Assembly: GCA_965214405.1 (NCBI GenBank)
Contig: OZ243956.1
Coordinates: 4,000,001-4,064,000, forward strand
DNA length: 64,000 nt
Source of the DNA: Trueperaceae bacterium
GTDB lineage: Bacteria > Deinococcota > Deinococci > Deinococcales > Trueperaceae
Direction of reading: 5' to 3'
Below the pieces are notes generated by a model. It ran no database searches, was not told the origin of the DNA, and worked only from the letters and a program-made list of their open reading frames with translations. The translations under genes and the position numbers were made by a program. Each line of letters begins with the position of its first letter. The stretch's first letter is position 1. Of this stretch, positions 48,209-56,081 are shown piece after piece.

Positions 48209-51200
48209 TCAAGCTTGATTGGAAACGCTGAACAGTCGCGGCTCGAGGGTGACCTCGAGCCGCGCCAGGTCGGTTCGTTTCAGGCCCCGCCCCTTCGACC
48301 AGGCCGCGGCAAATAACGGCTCTCCCAGGGTGGCGCGGAGAGTCTCGAGGCTGTCATCATAGCTTGCTCTAGTGCCAAGCGGGAGCGGAGCTTTGCTGCG
48401 CTCGCGTAAGCGCTGAGCAGCCGCCAACAGCCAAACGGCTTGCTCGGGCGACTGAGACCCCCAAAACCGTGCCAGGGCTTCCCAACCTTCGACCAAGCCG
48501 TGCCGGTCGTTAATGGCGTGGCGCATAGCTAGACTTTTTCGAACGAGCGAACGGGCTTGTCGGCCGTCTCCGTTCTCGAAGCTCAGTTCCGCCTGGCTGA
48601 GCAGCGTCCCGGCAACCGCCCATCTGTACCCGCCGAGCCTTTGCCAGAGGCGCTGCGCCTCGCCGAGGAGCGCCGCCGCCTCTTCAAGCTCGCCGCAGAT
48701 ACGGGCCAGGTCGGCGAGGGTCGTTATGGTCAGGGCGATACCATCATGATTGCCGACCTCGCGCCACAACCGCTCGCTCGCGCGCGCCTGCTGCCGAGCG
48801 TCCTCGACCTCGCCTCGAGCCAGCGCCAGACAGCCTTTCTGATAGAGCGTCCAGGCGACAAGCTGGTGGTCGCCGAGCTGTCGCAGCGTGCCGAGGGCGG
48901 TTTCGAGCCGTCCGTTCGCTTCCGTCAAGCGGCCCAGACACCGTTCGGCCCAGGCGAGGTTCACCTGAGCGTAAGCGGCCCCCCGCCGGTCGCCAAGCTC
49001 GAGCCGCAGCGTAAGGCTGTCCAGGAGCAAAGCTTGAGCCTTGACAAAGTCGCCCTGGTACAGCGCGAGCCAGCCGAGGTTGTTGAGGGAAACCGCCACG
49101 CCGCGCGTCTGCCCGAGGCGCGTGTTCAGCGTCAGGGCTTCTTTGTTGAGGGCTTTGCTGGCGCGGATTTCGCCCAGCTGCGCGGTAATCCAACCCAGGT
49201 GGTTGAGGTTCGTCGCCAGGCCGCGCTCATCGCCGAGGTCGCGCAACATTTTCAGCGCTTCTGCCAGTACCAGCTTCGAGCCCACGGAGTCGCCCAACTC
49301 AAAAATAAGGGTGCCCAGGCCGGTCAGAGCGGCGGCGCGGGCGCGGCTTTTGCCTTGCGCCAGCGGGTGGGCGAGCAGGCCCTCGAGCTGCGCGCGGCCT
49401 TCATACATGTAGCCGCGCACCACCCAAAAGCGCCACAGGGCGGCACCCATCCGCAGACCCGTGTCAACATCGTTTTCCGCCGACCAGGCTAAAACCGCGC
49501 GCAGGTCGGCGTACTCGTCCTCGAGACGGTCCAACCACGGGCCTTGTTGGGCTCCTGTGAGGTGGGGCTCGGCTGTCTCGACCAGGGCGAGGACGTACTG
49601 TGCTTGCCGCTCTCGGCTTTGGAGCAGCTCCGCGGGGTGGGCCGTGAGTTTCTCGCGAGTGTACTGGTGGAGCAGGGGATGCTGCGCGTAGCTGCCTGTG
49701 GCGGTCGTCTCGAGCCAGGACTTGTCGACGAGTCGCGCCAACAAGGGCAGCGTCGCTCCCGCCACCGCGGTCGCCGCTTCCCGCGGAAAGTTCCCCCGGA
49801 ACACCGCAAGCCTCCTCAAAACCTCTTTTTCCTGCGCTGTCAACAGCCGCCACGACTGCTCGAACACCGTGCGTAGACCCCGATGCCGCTCGGGCAGGTT
49901 GCGGAGCCGCGTCGGCGCGTCACCCAGGTCGAAAGCTCGCACCATCGCTTCACAAGACAACACCCTCACCCAGGTCGCCGCCAGCTCGAGGGCGAGCGGC
50001 AACCCTTGGGTACCGCGCACGATGGCGAGCACGTGAGGCCGGTTGGCACGGCTGAGTTCAAAGGTGCGCTTCGCCCGCTTGGCGCGGTCTAAGAAGAGCG
50101 TGAGCGCGTCCGACTTCGGCGCTGCCGCAGAAGCTGCTTCGTCTTCTGAAAAAGGAAGTCCCTTGAGCACGTAAGGCACCTCCTCTTCCAAGTTCAGGCG
50201 CTCGCGCGAGGTGACCAAAAGCTTCAAGTTGGGACAACCTGAGAGCAGGTTTCCGAGCATCACGGCACCGTCCACGAGGTGTTCAAAGTTGTCCAGCACG
50301 AGCAACACCTGTTTGTCACCGATGGCTCGTTCGACCAGCGCCAGCGGGTCGGCAGTTTGTAAGTTGACTTGTAGAACGCTCGCCAGCAGGGTCGGGACGG
50401 CGTCGGGAGACGGGGCCGACTCGAGCGGAACGAAATGGACGCCGTCCCTGAAGCCGCCCGCTCTGTGCTGCTCCAGGGCGACCTGGACGGCCAGGCGAGT
50501 TTTACCCACCCCGCCCATCCCGACGAGGGTGAGCAGTCGGCAAGCGGCGTCGGCAAGCAATTCGGCCAGTTCTGCGCGTTCCGAGTCCCGACCCACGAAC
50601 GGGGTATTGCGAAGCGGCAGGCGCAGGGGAACGGCTCGACCGGGCTGCGACAGGCGCGCTCGCGCTTGTGCAGGGGTGAACGAAAAAGACAGCCCGAATT
50701 CGGCCGCTTCTTTTCGGAGCGCCGCCGCTCGGACGCTGCCGCCTGCGCGGAGAAGCGTATAAAGCCGCTCCGTCTCTTCGGGGTCCGCTGCGGCGGTTCC
50801 CGCTCTATCGAGAGCCGTTTCCGCCCATGCGGCCCCCTTTAGAAACTCACCTCGGGTCGCCGCTTCTTCGCCGAGATGGAGCGCGGCTTCACGAACTCTT
50901 GCGGCAACCCGTTCACGCGTTTCGTAAACCCACTCCTCGAGTTCTGCACTCCACGCCAAGGCCAGCCCCTCGAGGAAAAGCCCGCTGTAGAGGTCGACGA
51001 CCCTCGAGCACTCACCCATTTCGAACGCCCTCAGGAGTTGCGCGGCGTCGGAGTCGATGTGCGGCTCAACCTGAACGGCACCGGCGGTCACGGCACCCGG
51101 CGCTTCTCGCTGAAGCTTCCCGAGTACGACCCGCAAACTGTTTCTGGGGTTTGCCGCTTCGGGCCAAAACAGCTCGGCGAGAAAGCGCCTCGGTTTTGGA

Positions 51201-51295
51201 CCCTCGAGGCTGAGATAAGCCAGCAGCAGGAGGGGCTTGGCCTGGTGGAGAGCCCCGTCCTCGAGCCGTAAACCCCCGAGGGTGCTTAGAAACAT
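48209..51295 (-). CDS. AfsR-like STAND regulator: N-terminal wHTH/BTAD, NB-ARC-type ATPase, TPR repeats
   Basis: LLAYLSLEG..RRFLAELFWP, FVGR, GMGGVGKTRLA, LVLDNFEH, TSRE, GLPLALEL and repeated TPR units. Confidence 0.9.
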   Translation of the reverse strand: MFLSTLGGLRLEDGALHQAKPLLLLAYLSLEGPKPRRFLAELFWPEAANPRNSLRVVLGKLQREAPGAVTAGAVQVEPHIDSDAAQLLRAFEMGECSRVVDLYSGLFLEGLALAWSAELEEWVYETRERVAARVREAALHLGEEAATRGEFLKGAAWAETALDRAGTAAADPEETERLYTLLRAGGSVRAAALRKEAAEFGLSFSFTPAQARARLSQPGRAVPLRLPLRNTPFVGRDSERAELAELLADAACRLLTLVGMGGVGKTRLAVQVALEQHRAGGFRDGVHFVPLESAPSPDAVPTLLASVLQVNLQTADPLALVERAIGDKQVLLVLDNFEHLVDGAVMLGNLLSGCPNLKLLVTSRERLNLEEEVPYVLKGLPFSEDEAASAAAPKSDALTLFLDRAKRAKRTFELSRANRPHVLAIVRGTQGLPLALELAATWVRVLSCEAMVRAFDLGDAPTRLRNLPERHRGLRTVFEQSWRLLTAQEKEVLRRLAVFRGNFPREAATAVAGATLPLLARLVDKSWLETTATGSYAQHPLLHQYTREKLTAHPAELLQSRERQAQYVLALVETAEPHLTGAQQGPWLDRLEDEYADLRAVLAWSAENDVDTGLRMGAALWRFWVVRGYMYEGRAQLEGLLAHPLAQGKSRARAAALTGLGTLIFELGDSVGSKLVLAEALKMLRDLGDERGLATNLNHLGWITAQLGEIRASKALNKEALTLNTRLGQTRGVAVSLNNLGWLALYQGDFVKAQALLLDSLTLRLELGDRRGAAYAQVNLAWAERCLGRLTEANGRLETALGTLRQLGDHQLVAWTLYQKGCLALARGEVEDARQQARASERLWREVGNHDGIALTITTLADLARICGELEEAAALLGEAQRLWQRLGGYRWAVAGTLLSQAELSFENGDGRQARSLVRKSLAMRHAINDRHGLVEGWEALARFWGSQSPEQAVWLLAAAQRLRERSKAPLPLGTRASYDDSLETLRATLGEPLFAAAWSKGRGLKRTDLARLEVTLEPRLFSVSNQA

Positions 51296-51416
51296 AGCTC
51301 CATTCTAGACCGGACGCATGCAAAGAGGGGCGAGCGAACGTGACGAAGGCCCGTCGGGCGAGAGGAGCAGGGCTCAAAGCCCGGAACACCGCAGGGACCC
51401 TATGAACCTCATTCCT

Positions 51417-51453
51417 GGGGTCATCCACTGATCGGAAAAATATTTACGCTGAG
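51417..51453 (+). repeat. Tn3-family terminal inverted repeat
   Basis: GGGGTCATCCACTGATCGGAAAAATATTTACGCTGAG fits the GGGG...GAAAA...ACGCTAAG pattern and lies 8 nt beyond the tnpA stop. Confidence 0.75.
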
Positions 51454-51461
51454 CTCTAAGG

Positions 51462-52127
51462 TCAGTTCTGCCGCATCCGTCCCTCATCGAAGACACACTT
51501 GCCCAAGAAGTTGATGTGCGCAAAGCGCGCAGGCCACACCCTCGCTAAATCTTCCTCTTTAATCTCCAAGCCTTTGCGCTCGAGTTCCCCCGCAATTTTG
51601 GTGATGTGCATGGTGTTAAATACCACCACGGCGTTCGTCACGAGGTTCAAACAGGCGAACTGCTGGTCGAGTGCTTCATCTTCTTTACCGGGTATCTCGC
51701 CGTACTCGCCGAACACGATGGTTCTCCTCAGCCCGTGTAGCGCCTCGCCCTTATTGAACTGTTTGCTAACACGCTTGCGCGTGGCGGGGTCGGCATACCA
51801 ACGCAGGATGTGAATCGTCTTCTCTAAGCGCCCGTACTCCTGCAAGGCCCTGGTGATCGGATGCTGCCGCGGGTACGCCTGCAACTTGTTGATGAGGAGT
51901 GACGCGGTGCAGTACCCCTTTTTTAGCGACAACGCGACGCGCAGCATCTCGTCCCAGTAGTCCGTTACAGTTGCCTCGTTCAGCACCTTGTTGAGGTGAG
52001 GTTTCAAAGTGTCGACCTCGTTCATCTCAAAGCTCTGGGGTCGGTAGAGTTGCTGGTCCGCTAAGTCCCTAATTCTTGGGGAGAAGGTCAGCCCTAGCAA
52101 GCCGAACAGCCCAAAGATGAGTTCCAG
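51462..52127 (-). pseudogene. tnpA: Tn3-family transposase TnpA, C-terminal fragment
   Basis: LLGLTFSPRIRDL, ALQEYGRLEKT, NKGEA, LNLVTNAVVVFNT and HINFLG. Only about 220 aa of a ~1000-aa protein remain. Confidence 0.9.
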
Positions 52128-52274
52128 TCAAGCTCAAGTTTCTGGAAACAAAGAGCTTTGCGTCGGGCGTTGTCTTACAGCGTTACGCGCCAGACAAAGC
52201 GTGAGGCGTCCTCCTGCACCTGCCCAAGCGCAAAAGGTTGTCCAAACTTGAAGGCGTCTGCAGGGTTGACTTTA

Positions 52275-52305
52275 GTTGTGTGAACGCCCGCGTCTGCCGC
52301 ACAAC
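52275..52305 (+). repeat. Recombination-site-like repeat A
   Basis: GTTGTGTGAACGCCCGCGTCTGCCGCACAAC; its last 23 nt match site C at 19/23. Confidence 0.55.
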
Positions 52306-52399
52306 AAGCAAACCTGTAGGTGATCAGCTTTCGCAAAGGCTGCAGAATCCTGTGATTCTACTCTGTCAATAATCTGTCAACGTATTGTAAACTCTTGCT

Positions 52400-52771
52400 A
52401 TGAGCAACACCGCGACTAACCTAATGTTTGGCGTACCGACGGTTCACGACGAGACGGGTGACATCCAAGTTGAAGAGCTAGCCAGTCTCTTCGAGGTCAG
52501 CCAGGCTAAACTCGCCCGCATGTCAGGCGTAAGCCGTCAGCTTTTGCATCAGTCCCCGCGCTCAGTCAAGGTACAACGCGCGCTGAGGCGTTTAGAGTAC
52601 CTCTTTGCCCGAACCCGCAATCTCACAGGTTCACCTGTTCATGCACGTATTTGGCTCAAGATGGGGCACCCCGACCTCGAGGGCCTCGCACCCGTCGAGC
52701 TGTTAGAAGAGGGACATATAGAGGCAGTCGAGGACTTTTTGCTCTCTATCGAGACGGGCTCGCCCCGTTGA
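52400..52771 (+). CDS. Xre/MbcA/ParS-type antitoxin
   Basis: N-terminal HTH and C-terminal ARIWLKMGHPDLEGLAPVELL. TTGA overlap with the RES gene. Confidence 0.88.
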   Translation: MSNTATNLMFGVPTVHDETGDIQVEELASLFEVSQAKLARMSGVSRQLLHQSPRSVKVQRALRRLEYLFARTRNLTGSPVHARIWLKMGHPDLEGLAPVELLEEGHIEAVEDFLLSIETGSPR

Positions 52772-53325
52772 GCGAGCGCTTAACGCGTTTAACCTTACTC
52801 AAACCCTTCGCCCTAACGGGTACGGCTTTTCGCGCGGTGAACCTGCGCTACGTCGAGACGCCGCTCTCTGCCGTGGGCTCGATCCTCACTGGCGGGCGTT
52901 ATAACCCTAAGGGTGCGTTTGAGGTGCTCTATCTAGCGGAGAATGCCACCACGACCCTGCTCGAGGTGCAGTTCGCGGCGAGCAGCGGTGGGCGCTTTCA
53001 AGCCCAACCTAAAGACCCTTACGTCATCTTCAGTGTTGCTTTCGAGCTTCAGAGGCTGGTCGACCTACACGACGCCGAAAACCTCGCGGACCTCGGTTTA
53101 TCACCGGAAGACCTCCAACGACCCTGGCGCTTGAAGCAGGCGCGTGGCGAAAGGGTTTTCACGCAGGAGATAGGTCAGGCGCTGCTCACTCTCGGTCACG
53201 AAGGGTTTAAGTACCCGTCGGCAACTGACGGCACGGCGAACTTAGCGGTATTTCCCGCCAACCTCAAGCCGGGGAGCTATCTGAAGATTAGCTGGGAGGG
53301 GCGCACGCTGGCAAGAGTGCCGTAG
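52768..53325 (+). CDS. RES domain toxin (NAD+-targeting family)
   Basis: AFRA, GGRYNPKG, LYLAE..TTLLE, YPSA and NLAVF. Confidence 0.9.
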   Translation: MSERLTRLTLLKPFALTGTAFRAVNLRYVETPLSAVGSILTGGRYNPKGAFEVLYLAENATTTLLEVQFAASSGGRFQAQPKDPYVIFSVAFELQRLVDLHDAENLADLGLSPEDLQRPWRLKQARGERVFTQEIGQALLTLGHEGFKYPSATDGTANLAVFPANLKPGSYLKISWEGRTLARVP

Positions 53326-53341
53326 CGTGTTCGTGACAACT

Positions 53342-53375
53342 CTTCTGCGGTTAACGCGCGCATCTCACGCACAAG
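53342..53375 (+). repeat. Recombination-site-like repeat B
   Basis: CTTCTGCGGTTAACGCGCGCATCTCACGCACAAG; 30/34 identical to site C. Confidence 0.8.
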
Positions 53376-53479
53376 GTTCGCTTTTCATCACTGAATTAGC
53401 GAATGTCATGCTGCCTTGCATGTGAGGTATAACGGCTTCATGATGCTGATAAACTTTAGCCAATACATCCGGGACCGGC

Positions 53480-54532
53480 ATGGCGATGGCGCGTGAGCTG
53501 CTGCCTGAGGGCTACACGCCCTTCCTAAGCGAACTAAAAACGCGCATCCGCCAAGCTCAGAGCCGCACCGCTTTGGCCATCAATAGTGCCCTAATCGAGC
53601 TCTACTGGGGTATCGGCGAGATGATTGTTCAGCAACAAGAAAGCGCCCAGTGGGGTGACAGCGTCCTTGGTCGACTCAGTGAAGATTTGCAGCAGGACTT
53701 CCCAGGACTCAAAGGCTTCTCCCGCCGCAACCTCTACCGGATGCGGGCGTTTTACCTCGCTTATCGCGAACAACCCAAGTTTGTGCCACAGGTTGTGGCA
53801 CAAATCCCTTGGGGGCACAATACGCTCCTTTTAGAGAAGATTAAGGAGCCTAAGCTGCGTGAATGGTATGCCCGCGCCACCATCCAGAACGGTTGGAGCC
53901 GAGCCGTGCTCGAAGCCCAGATCGAGACCCAACTGCACAAACGGCAGGGCGCGGCGCTCTCAAATTTCGACAAGACCTTGCCCGCGCCACAATCTGAACT
54001 CGCACAGCAAGTTCTCAAAGACCCCTACAACTTTGACTTTTTGAGCTTGCACGACGTAGCCGTTGAGCGCGACTTAGAGCGCGGTCTCCTCGAGCACCTT
54101 AAGGCCTTTATGCTCGAGCTGGGCGTCGGCTTCTCGTTCGTAGGCAGCCAGGTCCACTTAGAGGTCGGCGGCGAAGACTTCTACTTGGACCTGCTCTTCT
54201 ATCATCTCAAGCTCCGCTGCTTCGTCGTCATCGACCTCAAAATGACGGCGTTCAAGCCAGAGTACGCGGGCAAGATGAACTTCTACCTCTCGGCGGTCGA
54301 TGACCTCATGCGGCATCCGCAAGACGAGCTAAGCATCGGCATTTTGCTGTGTAAAAGCAAGAACGAAGTGATCGCTGAGTATGCCCTACGTGACGTTAGC
54401 AAACCGCTGGGCGTGGCGGAGTATCGGCTCGCCGAGGCTTTGCCGGAGAAGTTAGAGGGAAGCCTTCCTACTATTGAAGAATTAGAGGCAGAGCTTGAGG
54501 GGTTAGAAGGCGAAGGTACGCAACCGTCGTAG
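53480..54532 (+). CDS. YhcG/DUF1016 PD-(D/E)XK nuclease-domain protein
   Basis: LYWGIG, GFSRRNL, KDPYNFDFL, LELGVGFSFVG, DLLFYH and GKMNFY. Confidence 0.93.
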   Translation: MAMARELLPEGYTPFLSELKTRIRQAQSRTALAINSALIELYWGIGEMIVQQQESAQWGDSVLGRLSEDLQQDFPGLKGFSRRNLYRMRAFYLAYREQPKFVPQVVAQIPWGHNTLLLEKIKEPKLREWYARATIQNGWSRAVLEAQIETQLHKRQGAALSNFDKTLPAPQSELAQQVLKDPYNFDFLSLHDVAVERDLERGLLEHLKAFMLELGVGFSFVGSQVHLEVGGEDFYLDLLFYHLKLRCFVVIDLKMTAFKPEYAGKMNFYLSAVDDLMRHPQDELSIGILLCKSKNEVIAEYALRDVSKPLGVAEYRLAEALPEKLEGSLPTIEELEAELEGLEGEGTQPS

Positions 54533-54533
54533 C

Positions 54534-55421
54534 CTATTGCGGAAAGTGTCTCCTGTAAAGCATCTGCCGCGACTCGCCCGAGAGATTGACATAGAGCTGC
54601 GTTGTAGTAGGCGAGGCATGACCGAGGATGGATTGAACTGCTGCGATTGGCGCTCCCTGATTCAGTAATAGCGTGGCAAGCGTGTGGCGCAGCACGTGCG
54701 GCGTCACTTTCTCCTCTAGCCCGCAACGCTCAGCAACCCGCTTGAAGATGCGCTGCATCTGCGAGGTGCTGAGGCGTTGATGTTGCAGCGTTCCATCTTT
54801 CTGTCGCCTACAGCGCTTCGTCACAAATAGCGCGAGGCAGTTGTCCGAGCGGTTATCAAGATAACGTTTGAGCCATAAGGCGGCTTTCGCTCCAAAATAC
54901 ACCTCGCGCTCCTTGTTCCCTTTGCCGAGCACCACGACACTCCGGCGCGACCAATCGAGGTCGATGCGGTCGAGATGACGAATCTCGCTCACCCTACAGC
55001 CTGTGGCGAAGAAAAACTCGACGAGGGCGTGCTCCAGCAGACTTTCGCAGGCGTCACGTAGCAGCTCAACCTCTTCAACGGAGAGGGCTTTCGGTATCCT
55101 GGAAGGTAAACGAGGCTCCCTCAGCTTCAGTGCAGGGTTGCGCTCCAACACCCCTTCCTCATAGAGCCACTTGAAAAACGCTTTGAGCGCGCGAACTTTG
55201 TTCGCCAAACTCGAGGTCTGTAGATGCGTCAAGCTCGTGAGGTGGGCGCGCAGATGCTCGAGCCCGATCTTTGCGACGGTGGTTTCACCTCCCACGTCCG
55301 ATATCAAACGTTTTAGGTGCAGTTTGTAGGAGTAGAGCGTCTTGTCACTGTAGCCGTCTAGCTTGCGGGCTTTAAGGTAGGCGGAGACGCATCTTGCCAA
55401 TGTGTCAACTTCTCTTTCCAT
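54534..55421 (-). CDS. XerC/D-like tyrosine recombinase without an arm-binding domain
   Basis: TGCRVSE, GKGNKER, PHVLRHT and LGHASPTTTQLY. GGAGG precedes ATG 55421. Confidence 0.93.
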   Translation of the reverse strand: MEREVDTLARCVSAYLKARKLDGYSDKTLYSYKLHLKRLISDVGGETTVAKIGLEHLRAHLTSLTHLQTSSLANKVRALKAFFKWLYEEGVLERNPALKLREPRLPSRIPKALSVEEVELLRDACESLLEHALVEFFFATGCRVSEIRHLDRIDLDWSRRSVVVLGKGNKEREVYFGAKAALWLKRYLDNRSDNCLALFVTKRCRRQKDGTLQHQRLSTSQMQRIFKRVAERCGLEEKVTPHVLRHTLATLLLNQGAPIAAVQSILGHASPTTTQLYVNLSGESRQMLYRRHFPQ

Positions 55422-55485
55422 GAAAAACCTCCGAGCTGTAGTCTGCACGGAGGTTCGCTTTGAGCTATTTTCAAGGATCGACGCG

Positions 55486-55519
55486 CTTCTGCAACTAACG
55501 CGCGCGTCTCACGCACAAG
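55486..55519 (+). repeat. Recombination-site-like repeat C
   Basis: CTTCTGCAACTAACGCGCGCGTCTCACGCACAAG, 65 bp upstream of the recombinase start. Confidence 0.8.
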
Positions 55520-56081
55520 AACGAGTTCGGCCGCCTGATACGCTTGTTATGGTCATGCCAGGAGCATCAGGGTAAACAGACACCCTCACCTGTTATGAGG
55601 TCTACGGGCTCGAGAACCGCCCCGGCGACGTTGAGGCGTGCCTTGAGGGCCTCGCGTTTGTTGACCCCTTCATCGCGTCCTGCTCCTTTACCAACGTGGA
55701 TCGTTTAATTCATGGCTACCGCAGAGGCACTTGACATGCTTGTGGGTGGGGCGTAGCTCCTGTTTCCTTCCAGGTTCTAATGGCCCCATACCCTTCTCGC
55801 GTACGCCCCTACCTCACAGGCTTCCGAGGCTCCCTCGTAAGGTGTGAGCAGCCTTGTGAATTATTTGTCTCGTGGTCAGGCTCGAGCCTCCTTGTGAACT
55901 ATTCAGCGGCCCTTTGTTTAGGGTGACAGTTACTATCTCGAACAGGTTTTTGCCCCTGTTTGGACAAGCCCTAGCGTAATTTCCCGCCTTTTCCACGCTA
56001 ATCAGCAGGCTTATTGCGCGAGTGGCAGGGCCAACTGTTTAGAGGCCGCTGAGGAGGAGTTATGGAAGCTGTTCACGTTGA

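Larger units (their letters stand above)
41382..55520. mobile_element. tRNA-Arg-anchored genomic island (right boundary undetermined)
   Basis: Integrase next to the tRNA, then accessory cargo, a Tn3 remnant, a TA pair and a second recombinase. No tRNA-end direct repeat was seen in the window. Confidence 0.55.

Noticed and set aside
52170..52197. 28-bp TTGTCT...AGACAA palindrome as a fourth recombination site or dif
   Set aside because: It does not share the core of sites A-C and does not match a dif consensus. It may be a res subsite, but this is unsupported.
55576..55735. Protein-like frame TDTLTCYEVYGLENRPGDVEACLEG...
   Set aside because: It has no start codon or RBS and no recognisable family. 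At most a gene remnant.
55750..55787. Possible second Tn3 inverted repeat (ends in CCCC)
   Set aside because: Only the terminal GGGG and ACGC agree with the 51417 IR, and no matching TSD was seen.
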